Part shown: positions 17,743-27,051 of the stretch, one piece after another
Numbering within the stretch: the stretch's first letter is position 1
How the letters are laid out: the number at the start of each line of letters is the position of its first letter
Source: an uncultured Planctomycetia bacterium
Lineage (GTDB): Bacteria > Omnitrophota > Gorgyraeia > Tantalellales > Tantalellaceae
Assembly (NCBI GenBank): GCA_964565425.1
Contig: CAZMEZ010000004.1
Span: forward strand, 24,907-88,906
Direction: 5' to 3'
DNA length: 64,000 bases
Made by a program: the position numbers and the translations under genes
Notes under the pieces: generated by a model
What the model was told of the DNA's origin: nothing
What the model saw: only the letters and a program-made list of their open reading frames with translations
Database searches by the model: none

Positions 17743-18723
17743 ATGCTAAACGGCAGCACAGTACTTGTCACGGGAGGAACGGGTTCTTTCGGCAGGAAAT
17801 TCACGGAGATGGTCTTCGAAAGATACAAGCCGAAAAAACTCATCATATTCAGCAGGGACGAGTTCAAGCAGCACGAGATGTCCAAGACGTTCCCTCCCCA
17901 CGAATACCCCGTACGGTATTTTCTGGGGGATATCCGCGATAAGACCAGGCTTTACAGGGCTTTCGAAGGGGTAGATTACGTAATTCACGCCGCGGCGCTG
18001 AAACAGGTGCCGGCGCTCGAATATAACCCTATCGAAGCGGTAAGGACGAACGTCGCCGGCGCGGACAATATAGTGGACGCGGCCATCGATGTCGGCGTCA
18101 AAAAGGTCGTGGCGCTTTCCACCGATAAGGCCGTGAGCCCCATAAACCTGTACGGGGCGACAAAGCTCGTGGCGGAGAAGATATTCGTCGCGGCCAACGC
18201 TTACGGAGGGGAAAAAACCAAGTTTTCCGTAGTCAGGTACGGGAACGTGGTAGGTTCAAGAGGAAGCGTGATACCTTTTTATCTCGATCTCAAAAAGAAA
18301 GGCATAAATGAATTTCCGGTCACCGATAAAAAGATGACCCGTTTCTGGATAACGCTGGAGGAAGGCGTCGATCTGGTGCTAAAGGCGCTTGAAGAATCCG
18401 TCGGGGGCGAGGTCTTTATCCCGAAGATACCTTCGATGAAGATCGTTGACCTCGCCAGGGCGATAGACCCGGAGTGCGGGATAAAGGTAATAGGCATAAG
18501 ACCCGGGGAAAAGATGCACGAAACGCTTGTATCCGAGGACGAAGCCAGGAACGTCAGGGTATTCGACGGGTTATACGTAATGCTCCCGCAGTTCTTCGAA
18601 AAGGCGGAAGCCCATGAAAAGTACGATTCTTGTCCGCTGGTGCCGGAAGGATTTGTTTACAGGAGCGATAAGAACGACCGGTGGCTTCACGTGGACCAGC
18701 TCCATGAAATGATAAGGATGTGA
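17743..18723 (+). CDS. pseB: UDP-N-acetylglucosamine 4,6-dehydratase (inverting), PseB/CapD-type
   Basis: VLVTGGTGSFG Rossmann motif. The YGATK active site is typical of PseB/FlaA1. Heads a Pse-type operon. Confidence 0.8.
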   Translation: MLNGSTVLVTGGTGSFGRKFTEMVFERYKPKKLIIFSRDEFKQHEMSKTFPPHEYPVRYFLGDIRDKTRLYRAFEGVDYVIHAAALKQVPALEYNPIEAVRTNVAGADNIVDAAIDVGVKKVVALSTDKAVSPINLYGATKLVAEKIFVAANAYGGEKTKFSVVRYGNVVGSRGSVIPFYLDLKKKGINEFPVTDKKMTRFWITLEEGVDLVLKALEESVGGEVFIPKIPSMKIVDLARAIDPECGIKVIGIRPGEKMHETLVSEDEARNVRVFDGLYVMLPQFFEKAEAHEKYDSCPLVPEGFVYRSDKNDRWLHVDQLHEMIRM

Positions 18724-18727
18724 CGTT

Positions 18728-19873
18728 ATGAGGCTTATACCGTACGGCCGGCAGCATATCGACGCGAGCGACATAAAAGAAGTGGCAAGCGCGCTCGGAT
18801 CGGACTGGATAACCCAGGGACCGAGGATAAAAGAGTTCGAGGACGCGCTTTGCGGGTATACCGGGGCCCTGTACGCGGTAGCGGTATCCAACGGGACCGC
18901 GGCGCTGCATATAGCGTGCCTTGCTGCGGGCATAACAAAGGACGACGAGGCAATAACCTCTCCCATGACCTTTGTCGCTTCGGCGAACTGCGTTCTTTAT
19001 TGCGGAGGAAAACCGGTATTTGCCGACGTAAAGGAAAACACGGCGAATATCGATCCGGACCAGATAAAGAAAAAGATCACCGGTAGAACAAAAGCGATCA
19101 TACCGGTGCATTTTGCCGGACATCCCTGTGACATTGAGGAGATAAAAGGGATCGCCGACAAGCACGGTCTCATGATAATAGAGGACGCGGCGCACGCGTT
19201 AGGCGCGGAATACGGTGGCGGCAAAGTGGGATCATGCGAGCATTCCGACATGGCGATATTCAGTTTCCATCCGGTTAAGTCGATAACCACGGGCGAAGGA
19301 GGGGCGGTCCTTACCAACCGGAAGGACCTTTATGAAAAGCTTTTGATGCTGAGAGCCCACGGGATAACAAAGGATAACGGGCGGATGTCCTCCGGCGAGG
19401 GGGCCTGGTATTACGAGCAGCAGCAGCTGGGGTTCAACTACCGTATAACGGATTTCCAGTGCGTGCTCGGCCTGAACCAGCTTAAGAAACTCGAAGAGTT
19501 CGTATCCCGCAGAAGGGAGATAGCCGGCATCTATGCCCGCGGGCTGTCACGGGAAAGCGCTCTCATGCTGCCCGGCGAGGAAGGGCCCGTAAGATCGGCG
19601 TGGCATATTTACTGCGTACGCGTTAAGGACGCCGCAAAAAGAAAGCCCTTGTTCGATCATTTGAGGAAAGCGGGCATAATTCCCCAGGTCCATTATATCC
19701 CGGTGTATTTTCATCCATATTACAAAGGGCTCGGTTACGAAAAAGGCATCTGTCCTAGGGCCGAGGATTTTTACGCGCGGGAAATAAGCATACCCCTTTA
19801 CCCGGCGATGACGGATGAAGACGCGGCATATGTAATAAAGATGATCTCCAAATTCTGCGGGGAGGGAAGATGA
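18728..19873 (+). CDS. pseC: UDP-4-amino-4,6-dideoxy-N-acetyl-beta-L-altrosamine transaminase (DegT family)
   Basis: N-terminal IPYGRQHIDASDI is typical of PseC. Has a PLP lysine region (SFHPVKSITTGEGG). Confidence 0.8.
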   Translation: MRLIPYGRQHIDASDIKEVASALGSDWITQGPRIKEFEDALCGYTGALYAVAVSNGTAALHIACLAAGITKDDEAITSPMTFVASANCVLYCGGKPVFADVKENTANIDPDQIKKKITGRTKAIIPVHFAGHPCDIEEIKGIADKHGLMIIEDAAHALGAEYGGGKVGSCEHSDMAIFSFHPVKSITTGEGGAVLTNRKDLYEKLLMLRAHGITKDNGRMSSGEGAWYYEQQQLGFNYRITDFQCVLGLNQLKKLEEFVSRRREIAGIYARGLSRESALMLPGEEGPVRSAWHIYCVRVKDAAKRKPLFDHLRKAGIIPQVHYIPVYFHPYYKGLGYEKGICPRAEDFYAREISIPLYPAMTDEDAAYVIKMISKFCGEGR

Positions 19874-20613
19874 AGGTCGGGGCGATAATACAGGCGAGAA
19901 CGACTTCGACCAGGCTTCCTCGAAAGGTGCTGAAGGAGTTGCCGCGCGGCAGCGGTATCACGGTCCTGGAACAGGTGATAAGAAGGCTAAAGAGGGCAAA
20001 GAAGCTGGATGCGATAGTAGTCGCCACCACTACGGACCGGGAAGACGACCCCATCGTCGCGATCGCGGAAAAAGAAAAAGTGGACGTTTTCCGCGGCAGC
20101 AGGGACGACGTCCTGTCCCGGTATTATCTGGCGGCGAAGGAGAACGGCCTGGACGCGGTGGTGAGAGTGACGAGCGATTGTCCGTGCATCGATCCGGCCG
20201 TATTGGATATCGTGACCGAAGCGCACGTCAGGCACGGGGTGGATTACACCTCGAACACCTTGACGAGGACATATCCGCGCGGTCTTGACGTGGAAGCGAT
20301 AAGTTTCAGCGCTCTTGAGACGGCGCACGAGAAGGCGGAGCTGAAATCGGACAGGGAACACGTTACCTCTTACATATACAGGACGCGTCCGGATTTTTTC
20401 AGCAAGAGACAGATAACGGCGCCGGAAGGGGATGACGCCTCCGCTATCAGGGCGACTTTGGACACGGAGGAAGATTACGGGCTCCTCTCCGCCGTGTTCG
20501 ATCACCTGTATCCCGAAAATGAATTTTTCGGAGTCAATGAGCTCGTGCGCTTTTTCGATAACAATCCGTGGGCAAAAAAGATAAACGAAAAAATAAACCA
20601 AAAGAAGATATGA
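19870..20613 (+). CDS. CTP_transf_3-family cytidylyltransferase (SpsF/PseF-like)
   Basis: AIIQARTTSTRLPRKVL motif of the acylneuraminate-cytidylyltransferase / SpsF family. A second member of this family is at 28814. Confidence 0.65.
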   Translation: MKVGAIIQARTTSTRLPRKVLKELPRGSGITVLEQVIRRLKRAKKLDAIVVATTTDREDDPIVAIAEKEKVDVFRGSRDDVLSRYYLAAKENGLDAVVRVTSDCPCIDPAVLDIVTEAHVRHGVDYTSNTLTRTYPRGLDVEAISFSALETAHEKAELKSDREHVTSYIYRTRPDFFSKRQITAPEGDDASAIRATLDTEEDYGLLSAVFDHLYPENEFFGVNELVRFFDNNPWAKKINEKINQKKI

Positions 20614-20629
20614 CGGGCAAGGGCGTATC

Positions 20630-21253
20630 GTGAATAAGAGGGTCTCTATAATAGATTACGGGATGGGAAACCTGAAGTCCATAGCGAACGCGCTTACCGC
20701 CGTCGGGGCGGACGTAAAGGTGGCGGTATCCCCGAATGATCTTGGAGCGGCAGCCCGCATCGTGCTTCCGGGAGTTGGGGCTTTCGGCGACGGGATGAGC
20801 AGCCTTAAAGAACGCGGTTGGATGGAGGCACTGAACGAAGAGGTCATGATAAAGAAAAAAACTTTTCTCGGCGTTTGTCTCGGGATGCAGCTCCTGGCGT
20901 CGGCAAGTACGGAGCACGGGGAGCATGAAGGATTCGGGTGGATATCCGGCAGGGTGGACAAGATAAGTTCGGCCGGCGTACGAGTTCCCCATATAGGGTG
21001 GAATGACGTCAGGCTGGTCAAGAGAGAAGGGCTTTACTCGGGGATAGACGATCCACAGGCATTCTATTTCGTTCATAGTTATGTGTTCCGTCCGGATGAT
21101 CCCTCCGTTGTCAGCGGGGTATGTTCCTACGGAACGGATTTTGCGGCCAGCATAGAAAAAGAGAACATATATGCCACGCAGTTTCACCCGGAAAAAAGCC
21201 ATAAGAAGGGGCTGGCGGTATTGAAGAACTTCCTGGAGGCGCGGGGATGCTGA
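20630..21253 (+). CDS. Imidazole glycerol phosphate synthase HisH-like glutamine amidotransferase (polysaccharide-type, WbuY-like)
   Basis: Class-I glutamine-amidotransferase triad (GVCLGMQ ... H/E). Paired with a HisF-like gene inside a sugar locus. Confidence 0.8.
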   Translation: MNKRVSIIDYGMGNLKSIANALTAVGADVKVAVSPNDLGAAARIVLPGVGAFGDGMSSLKERGWMEALNEEVMIKKKTFLGVCLGMQLLASASTEHGEHEGFGWISGRVDKISSAGVRVPHIGWNDVRLVKREGLYSGIDDPQAFYFVHSYVFRPDDPSVVSGVCSYGTDFAASIEKENIYATQFHPEKSHKKGLAVLKNFLEARGC

Positions 21254-22035
21254 AGAAAAGACTTATACCGGTATTGCTCCTGCAGAACGGCCTGTTGGTA
21301 AGGAGCGAGCTTTTCAAGATACACCAGATAATCGGGAACCCGATACACGAGGTGCAGAGGTTCAACGAATGGAACGTGGATGAACTGGTATATCTGGATA
21401 TCACTAAAGACGACAACTATGATCTAAGGAGAAGCGACGGCAAGGTGAAAGGCCTGGGCGACCCTTTAAGCATTCTCGACGCGGTGAGCGATACCTGTTT
21501 TATGCCGCTCACGTGGGGAGGGCGCATCCGCAGGGTCGAGGACATGAGAACGTTCATCAGCCACGGCGCGGATAAAGTGACGATCAATACGGCGGCCGTG
21601 AAGACCCCCGGTCTTATCACGCGGGGAGCCAGGACTTTCGGCAGCCAGGCGATAGTCGTCAGTATAGATGTCCTGCGTCATGCTGGCGGCAAAACGGAGG
21701 TATTCATAGAAGGCGGACGGACTCCAACGGGCAAGAGACCCGAGGGATGGGCCAAGGAAGCGGAAGACCGTGGCGCGGGAGAGATACTCCTGCAGTCGAT
21801 CGACCGTGACGGCACGGGAGAAGGTTATGATCTCGAGCTTATCGAGGCGGTATCTTCGGCCGTTACCATACCCGTGATCGCGTGTAGCGGGGTCGGGGTT
21901 TACGAACATTACCCGCAGGCCGTCAAGGCGGGAGCGTCAGCCGTAGCGGCCGCGAACATATGGCATTTTAAGGAATTGTCCGATAAGGGGGGCAAACGCG
22001 CCCTGGCGCGCGCCCAGGTCGAAATACGCACTTAA
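21247..22035 (+). CDS. HisF-like cyclase subunit (WbuZ-like)
   Basis: TIM-barrel HisA/HisF family. Has the LIPVLLLQNG N-terminus typical of polysaccharide-type HisF paralogues. Confidence 0.8.
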   Translation: MLKKRLIPVLLLQNGLLVRSELFKIHQIIGNPIHEVQRFNEWNVDELVYLDITKDDNYDLRRSDGKVKGLGDPLSILDAVSDTCFMPLTWGGRIRRVEDMRTFISHGADKVTINTAAVKTPGLITRGARTFGSQAIVVSIDVLRHAGGKTEVFIEGGRTPTGKRPEGWAKEAEDRGAGEILLQSIDRDGTGEGYDLELIEAVSSAVTIPVIACSGVGVYEHYPQAVKAGASAVAAANIWHFKELSDKGGKRALARAQVEIRT

Positions 22036-22049
22036 CATAGGAGAAGTAT

Positions 22050-23249
22050 ATGTCGGTCCGGTATTGCAGCAAATGTGTCTATCCGGCTATAGCGGCTACG
22101 CCGCTCACTTTCGACGACGACGGCGTGTGTTCCGGATGCCGGGTTTCCGGTCAAAAGGACACCATCGACTGGGAAAAAAGAGGCAGGATGCTGAAGGATC
22201 TGGCGGACGGGTACAAGACGGGAAGTAACTATGATATCGTCATACCCGTCAGCGGCGGCAAGGACAGTTATTTCCAGGCCCATTATGCGGTGAAAGAACT
22301 GGGCCTTAAACCTCTTCTCGTGACCTATCACGGGAACAATTATCTCCCGGAAGGAGAGTACAACCTTTTCAGGATGAGGGAGGTCTTTGACTGTGACCAC
22401 ATAATTGTGAGGCCGAGTGTTGAAACGCTGGTCAAGATGAACCGCATAGGGTTCAAGCTCCAGGGCGACATGAACTGGCACGCGCATTGTGGCATATTCA
22501 CCGTGCCTATACAGATCGCCGTTAGATACAAAGTGCCGCTGATGATGTGGGGGGAGCACGGGTTCATGGACCTGGGGGGGATGTATTCGCACAATGATTT
22601 CGTGGAGTTCACGGCGAAATTCCGGCTTGAACACGCGCTGAGAGGATACGACTGGTACGATTTTACGGACGAAGGCCTTGAAAAACTGGGCAGGCCCGAG
22701 ATCAAGGAGGGGCTGACCGCGCGGGACCTTTTGTGGGCGCGGTACCCGGGCGACGACGAGATAGACGAGGTAGGGGTGCGCGGTATATACCTCGGTAACT
22801 ACGCGCATTGGGACGCGAACCGCCATTCCCGCATGGTAATGGAAAAATACGGTTGGAAACCGGCACAGAGAGAGTTCGAACGCACCTACAGGAAGATATC
22901 CAACCTTGACGACATGCACGAGAACGGTATCCACGATTATCTCAAATTCGTGAAATTCGGGTATGGCCGGGGCACCGACCATTCGTGCAAGGATATCCGC
23001 GCGGGCATAATGACGCGCGGGCAGGCCGTAGAAATGGTCAGGAAATACGATCACGTCAAGCCCAGGTTCGATCTGGACAGGTGGCTGAAATATGTGGACA
23101 TGACCGAAGAGGAATTCGACCATATCTGCGACACTTTCAGGGACGGACGTGTGTGGCGACAGGAAAAGGGACAATGGGTAAAAGATAACGTCTGGGGGGA
23201 ACCGTCCGCGTACGGACCGGTACACGCGACGGGTTCTTTGGTGAAATGA
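22050..23249 (+). CDS. N-acetyl sugar amidotransferase (WbpG/PseA-like PP-loop ATPase)
   Basis: N-terminal zinc ribbon CSKC..CSGC and PP-loop SGGKDS. This family converts N-acetyl groups to acetamidino groups together with the HisH/HisF paralogues. The antisense ORF 22032-23225 is a shadow. Confidence 0.75.
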   Translation: MSVRYCSKCVYPAIAATPLTFDDDGVCSGCRVSGQKDTIDWEKRGRMLKDLADGYKTGSNYDIVIPVSGGKDSYFQAHYAVKELGLKPLLVTYHGNNYLPEGEYNLFRMREVFDCDHIIVRPSVETLVKMNRIGFKLQGDMNWHAHCGIFTVPIQIAVRYKVPLMMWGEHGFMDLGGMYSHNDFVEFTAKFRLEHALRGYDWYDFTDEGLEKLGRPEIKEGLTARDLLWARYPGDDEIDEVGVRGIYLGNYAHWDANRHSRMVMEKYGWKPAQREFERTYRKISNLDDMHENGIHDYLKFVKFGYGRGTDHSCKDIRAGIMTRGQAVEMVRKYDHVKPRFDLDRWLKYVDMTEEEFDHICDTFRDGRVWRQEKGQWVKDNVWGEPSAYGPVHATGSLVK

Positions 23250-23273
23250 CCATATTAATAAAGGCCGAAAAGT

Positions 23274-24431
23274 ATGGATAAAACACGCAAGTTGTACGAG
23301 AAGGCCAGGAAATTGATGCCGGAGAGAAACAGGTTCCTTTCCGAAGAACCGGAGCTGCGTTTCCCGGACATCTGGCCCGTTTATTACAAAGGGGCCAGGG
23401 GGTGCGAGATAAGGGATCTCGACGACAGGCGATATGTCGATATGAGCTGCATGAACACGGGTTCATGTATCCTGGGGTACTCGGACGAGGATGTCGACGG
23501 CGCCGTGAAGGCCGTTATAGAAAAGGGATCGATGTCGACGCTTAATTGCCCCGAAGAAGTGGAGCTTGCCGAGCTTTTGTGTGGAATACATCCATGGGCC
23601 GACAGGGTCGTTTTCACCGGCGTCGAGAAAGAAGCCGCGCGCATGGCGGCCGACGCGGCAAGGGTAAAGACTGGCAGGGACACCGTCCTTTTCTGCGGTC
23701 GCCGGGACAAAGGTCCCTCCTTCGCGTATAACGATATCGAAGGTTTTCTTGAGGCGGCCGACAAGAACAAAGACAGGATAGCCGCGGTGGTGATGGAACC
23801 CGCGCGGGACCGCATGCCCGTAAAGAATTTCCTCGAGATCATAAGGGAAAGAACGCAGAAAGAGGGTACGGTCCTTATTTTCGACGAGACAGTGTCCGGG
23901 TGGCGTCTTAACCTGGGCGGGGCCCACATGGGGTTCGGCGTAAAACCCGACATGGCGATATTCTCAAAAAGCACGGGTAACGGTTATTCTGTTTCGGCGG
24001 TAATAGGAACCACGGAAGCGATGGACGGTTTTGGGGGAGCCGCTTGTCCGCCGGAAAGGATAGGGGCCGCGGCCGCGATAACGGCCATAAGAAAGATGCG
24101 AAAACATAACGTCGCGGCGCACCTGGTGGAAGCCGGAAAAACGGTCAGGGAGGGATGGAGGAAGGCGGCGGAGAGACAGGGGCTGAAAATAGAGGTAAGG
24201 GGTATTCCGCCTTTAAGCTGGTTTTCATTCTGCTATGACGGCCCCCTTGCGCCGGAATCTCTTTTTGCCCAGTTCATGCTTAAAGAGGGGTTTCTGGCCG
24301 TTAACATGTTCTGCGCTTCGTACGCGCACAAGAAAGAGGACGTGGAAAAGTATTTAAAGGCTTCGGAAGGGTCTTTCGGGGCCATAGCGAGGGCAATAGA
24401 GGAAGGGAACCCGGCTAAATACATGAAGTAG
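23274..24431 (+). CDS. Class-III aminotransferase (glutamate-1-semialdehyde aminomutase-like)
   Basis: PLP-dependent fold type I. GSA-aminomutase-like length with a lysine region (FSKSTGNGYS). Confidence 0.65.
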   Translation: MDKTRKLYEKARKLMPERNRFLSEEPELRFPDIWPVYYKGARGCEIRDLDDRRYVDMSCMNTGSCILGYSDEDVDGAVKAVIEKGSMSTLNCPEEVELAELLCGIHPWADRVVFTGVEKEAARMAADAARVKTGRDTVLFCGRRDKGPSFAYNDIEGFLEAADKNKDRIAAVVMEPARDRMPVKNFLEIIRERTQKEGTVLIFDETVSGWRLNLGGAHMGFGVKPDMAIFSKSTGNGYSVSAVIGTTEAMDGFGGAACPPERIGAAAAITAIRKMRKHNVAAHLVEAGKTVREGWRKAAERQGLKIEVRGIPPLSWFSFCYDGPLAPESLFAQFMLKEGFLAVNMFCASYAHKKEDVEKYLKASEGSFGAIARAIEEGNPAKYMK

Positions 24432-24484
24432 GCGGGGTCCACTGCAGGACAAGGGAGCCGCTGAAGCCGCGGGAAAGAGGCGAT

Positions 24485-25243
24485 ATGCGCGCAGTGAAAA
24501 TAATTTTTCTTGGGACCAACGGATGGTACACGACTGAGACGGGGAATACCACGTGTGTTTTCATGGAAACGAAGGATAACTATATAGTCCTCGACGCGGG
24601 GAACGGCATTTACCGGCTTGACGAGTATGTGAAGAGCGTCGATAAACCGATCTACGTTTTCCTGAGCCATTTCCACCTGGACCATATAAGCGGGCTTCAC
24701 ATCCTGGCCAAGTTCAGATTTCCCCAGGGCATGACCATATGCGGGCACAGGGGAACAAGGGAGATCCTTGATGGTATCATGCGGCAACCGTTCACGGTCC
24801 CGCTCGAAGATATTCCTTTCAAGATCGAGGTAAAGGAAATCGAAGAAGGGGTCGCCTCGGCCTTTCCGTTCCACGTTGAGGCGCGAGAGGTCCCGCATTC
24901 CTCGATGTGCCTGGCCTACAGGTTCGAAGTAGAGGGCAGGATAGTGACGTATTGCACCGACGCGGGGTATTGCCGGGCGGCGGTAGAGTTGGCCCGGGAC
25001 TCGAACGTGCTCATAGCCGAGTGCACGTTGAAGCCCGGCGAGAAGAACGAGAAATGGCCGCATCTTAATCCCGCGGACTCCGCGAGGATCGCGCAAGAAG
25101 CGGGAGCGGAGAAACTCGTGCTCATGCATTTTGACGCCGACAATTACCGGAGCATTTATGACAGGGAAAAAGCCCAGGCCGTGGCGGAGAAGGTTTTTAA
25201 GAACACAACGGCTGCCAGGGACGGAATGGTGGTGGAGCTGTAG
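24485..25243 (+). CDS. MBL-fold metallo-hydrolase
   Basis: HFHLDHISGLH metal-binding motif. Confidence 0.65.
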   Translation: MRAVKIIFLGTNGWYTTETGNTTCVFMETKDNYIVLDAGNGIYRLDEYVKSVDKPIYVFLSHFHLDHISGLHILAKFRFPQGMTICGHRGTREILDGIMRQPFTVPLEDIPFKIEVKEIEEGVASAFPFHVEAREVPHSSMCLAYRFEVEGRIVTYCTDAGYCRAAVELARDSNVLIAECTLKPGEKNEKWPHLNPADSARIAQEAGAEKLVLMHFDADNYRSIYDREKAQAVAEKVFKNTTAARDGMVVEL

Positions 25244-25586
25244 AGAGATCGCATAGCGCAAAGCGCATAGCGGTTCGCGATGTGCGGTTAGCGGGTCGAG
25301 AAAGTAAATAATAAGTGATACGTGATACGCAGGCTAGAGGCACGAGGCTAGAGGCACGAGGCTAGAGGCAAGAGGCAAGAGGCAAGAGGCGAAAGAAAGG
25401 CGTTGATTACGAAGATTAAGACGCAGACGATGATCTTAGATTACGAAGATCTGATCCCCGTAATCTATTTAAATCTTCGTAATCAAATTATATAGTACGC
25501 GTTATCTGTGATCATCTGTTTTAAATCTGTGCTCATCCGTGTTTTAAGGAAAAACGAACGACGAACGGCGAACAACGGACGACGAT
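25244..25586. repeat. Composite intergenic heptamer-repeat element (343 bp)
   Basis: In order: agcgcat-type heptamers; gtgatacgtgatacg; nine ggcNNga heptamers (ggctaga/ggcacga/ggcaaga) at 25332-25394; an inverted pair gattacgaagat ... atcttcgtaatc at 25405-25483; and gtgatcatctgttttaa plus cgaacga heptamers at 25507-25586. Homologous to 47702-47868, 59384-59700 and 61343-61700. Confidence 0.7.
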
Positions 25587-27050
25587 ATGAAAAATAACAT
25601 GCGGGTTTATATAGTTACCGAAGGGGGCGAGGGTATCGGTTACGGACACGTAACGAGGTGCCTCTCGCTTTGCCAGGCTTTTGAAGGGGAGGGCATCTCT
25701 CCGATATTCATAATAAACGGGGATAAAAGCATTAAGAATATCATCGGCGGAAGGGACTGCGTGACGTTCAACTGGCTTAAAGAGGGGGAAAAGCTGCTGA
25801 AGATCATCGATGGTTCGGATATAACGATAATAGATTCCTATAAAGCGAGCCGCGCCATCTACGCGAAAATATCGGAACTGGCGCTTTTACCGGTCTTTCT
25901 GGACGATTACAAGAGAATAGACTATCCGGAAGGGGTCGTGCTGAACGGAGGCATCCACGCCGAAAGCCTTGCGTACCCCAGGAAAAGGGGGAAGACATAT
26001 CTTCTCGGCGCGAAATACGCTCTTTTGAGAAAAGACTACTGGAAGACCTCCGGCAAGAAGATCAGGAAGAGCGTTGAAAAGATACTCGTTACGTTCGGGG
26101 GGAGCGATACGGATAACTTTACCGCCGAGGTTCTTAAAGCGCTGGACGAGGCGTATCCGGAGATATCAAGAACGGCGGTTATAGGAAAGGCGTCCGGTAC
26201 GTCGCCCGTGGCAGGAAGGGCCGCGGGAGGCGGTACGCGGTTCGTTTTTGACGCGGATGCCGCGGAGATGAAGAAGGTCATGATGGAGGCCGATATCGCT
26301 GTCGCCGCCGCCGGACAAACCACATATGAACTTGCGGCGGTAGGTGTGCCCACGGTCGCGGTCTGCGTTGCCCCGAACCAGAAAATGAACCTTGTGAACT
26401 GGATGGAAAAAGGGTTTCGCGGCTGCGCGCTTGCCGGTCGCAGGATCCCGAAGGAGAAGGTCCTCGAAGGCGTGGAGTATTTTCTGCCTTACAAGAATAG
26501 AAGCGAATTTTATAAGAGCACCAGAGATCTTGTTTCCGCCGACGGGGCGCGCAACGCCGTAAAAGAACTGCTTGGCGCGTACGGTTCCGTTAAATTGAGA
26601 GGGGTCAAAAGGGACGATTGCCGTGATCTCTGGATATGGCGAAACCATCCCAGGGCGAGAAAATGGAGTTTTTGCCATGACGCGATAAGTTATCCCGACC
26701 ACGAAAAGTGGTTCGCCAAAAAGCTCGGGGATAGAAGGGCGCGGATATATATCGCTGAAGACATCCGCGGCCGAAAGATCGGGCAGGCGCGTTTTGAGGT
26801 GTTTCCCTCGAGCGCGATGATCAGCGTGAACCTGAACCCCATGTTCTACGGCAGGGGGTTCGGTTCAAAGGTAATAGAGGGCGCGACCCGGACCTTTCTC
26901 GAAGAAAGGCCGCAGGTAAAAGAGATAACGGCCGAGGTAAACGCGGCGAACATAGCGTCGATCAAGGCCTTTAAAAGAGCCGGATACGAGTTCTCGTCAA
27001 AGGAGCGGAAAGCCGGCGAGAACGCCGATATCTTCAAGTACAGGACCTAA
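25587..27050 (+). CDS. Bifunctional PseG-like UDP-2,4-diacetamido-2,4,6-trideoxy-beta-L-altropyranose hydrolase / GNAT N-acetyltransferase (PseH-like) fusion
   Basis: N-terminal GT-B-like PseG domain (GEGIGYGHVTRCLSL). C-terminal GNAT fold (about 26600-27050). Confidence 0.7.
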   Translation: MKNNMRVYIVTEGGEGIGYGHVTRCLSLCQAFEGEGISPIFIINGDKSIKNIIGGRDCVTFNWLKEGEKLLKIIDGSDITIIDSYKASRAIYAKISELALLPVFLDDYKRIDYPEGVVLNGGIHAESLAYPRKRGKTYLLGAKYALLRKDYWKTSGKKIRKSVEKILVTFGGSDTDNFTAEVLKALDEAYPEISRTAVIGKASGTSPVAGRAAGGGTRFVFDADAAEMKKVMMEADIAVAAAGQTTYELAAVGVPTVAVCVAPNQKMNLVNWMEKGFRGCALAGRRIPKEKVLEGVEYFLPYKNRSEFYKSTRDLVSADGARNAVKELLGAYGSVKLRGVKRDDCRDLWIWRNHPRARKWSFCHDAISYPDHEKWFAKKLGDRRARIYIAEDIRGRKIGQARFEVFPSSAMISVNLNPMFYGRGFGSKVIEGATRTFLEERPQVKEITAEVNAANIASIKAFKRAGYEFSSKERKAGENADIFKYRT

Positions 27051-27051
27051 A

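Noticed and set aside
25332-25394. Possible CRISPR array suggested by tandem direct repeats in intergenic regions (also 59710-59765 and 61507-61560)
   Set aside because: Units are 7-14 nt and directly abutting, with no unique spacers of 25-40 nt and no cas genes. These are micro/minisatellite-like heptamer arrays, not CRISPR.
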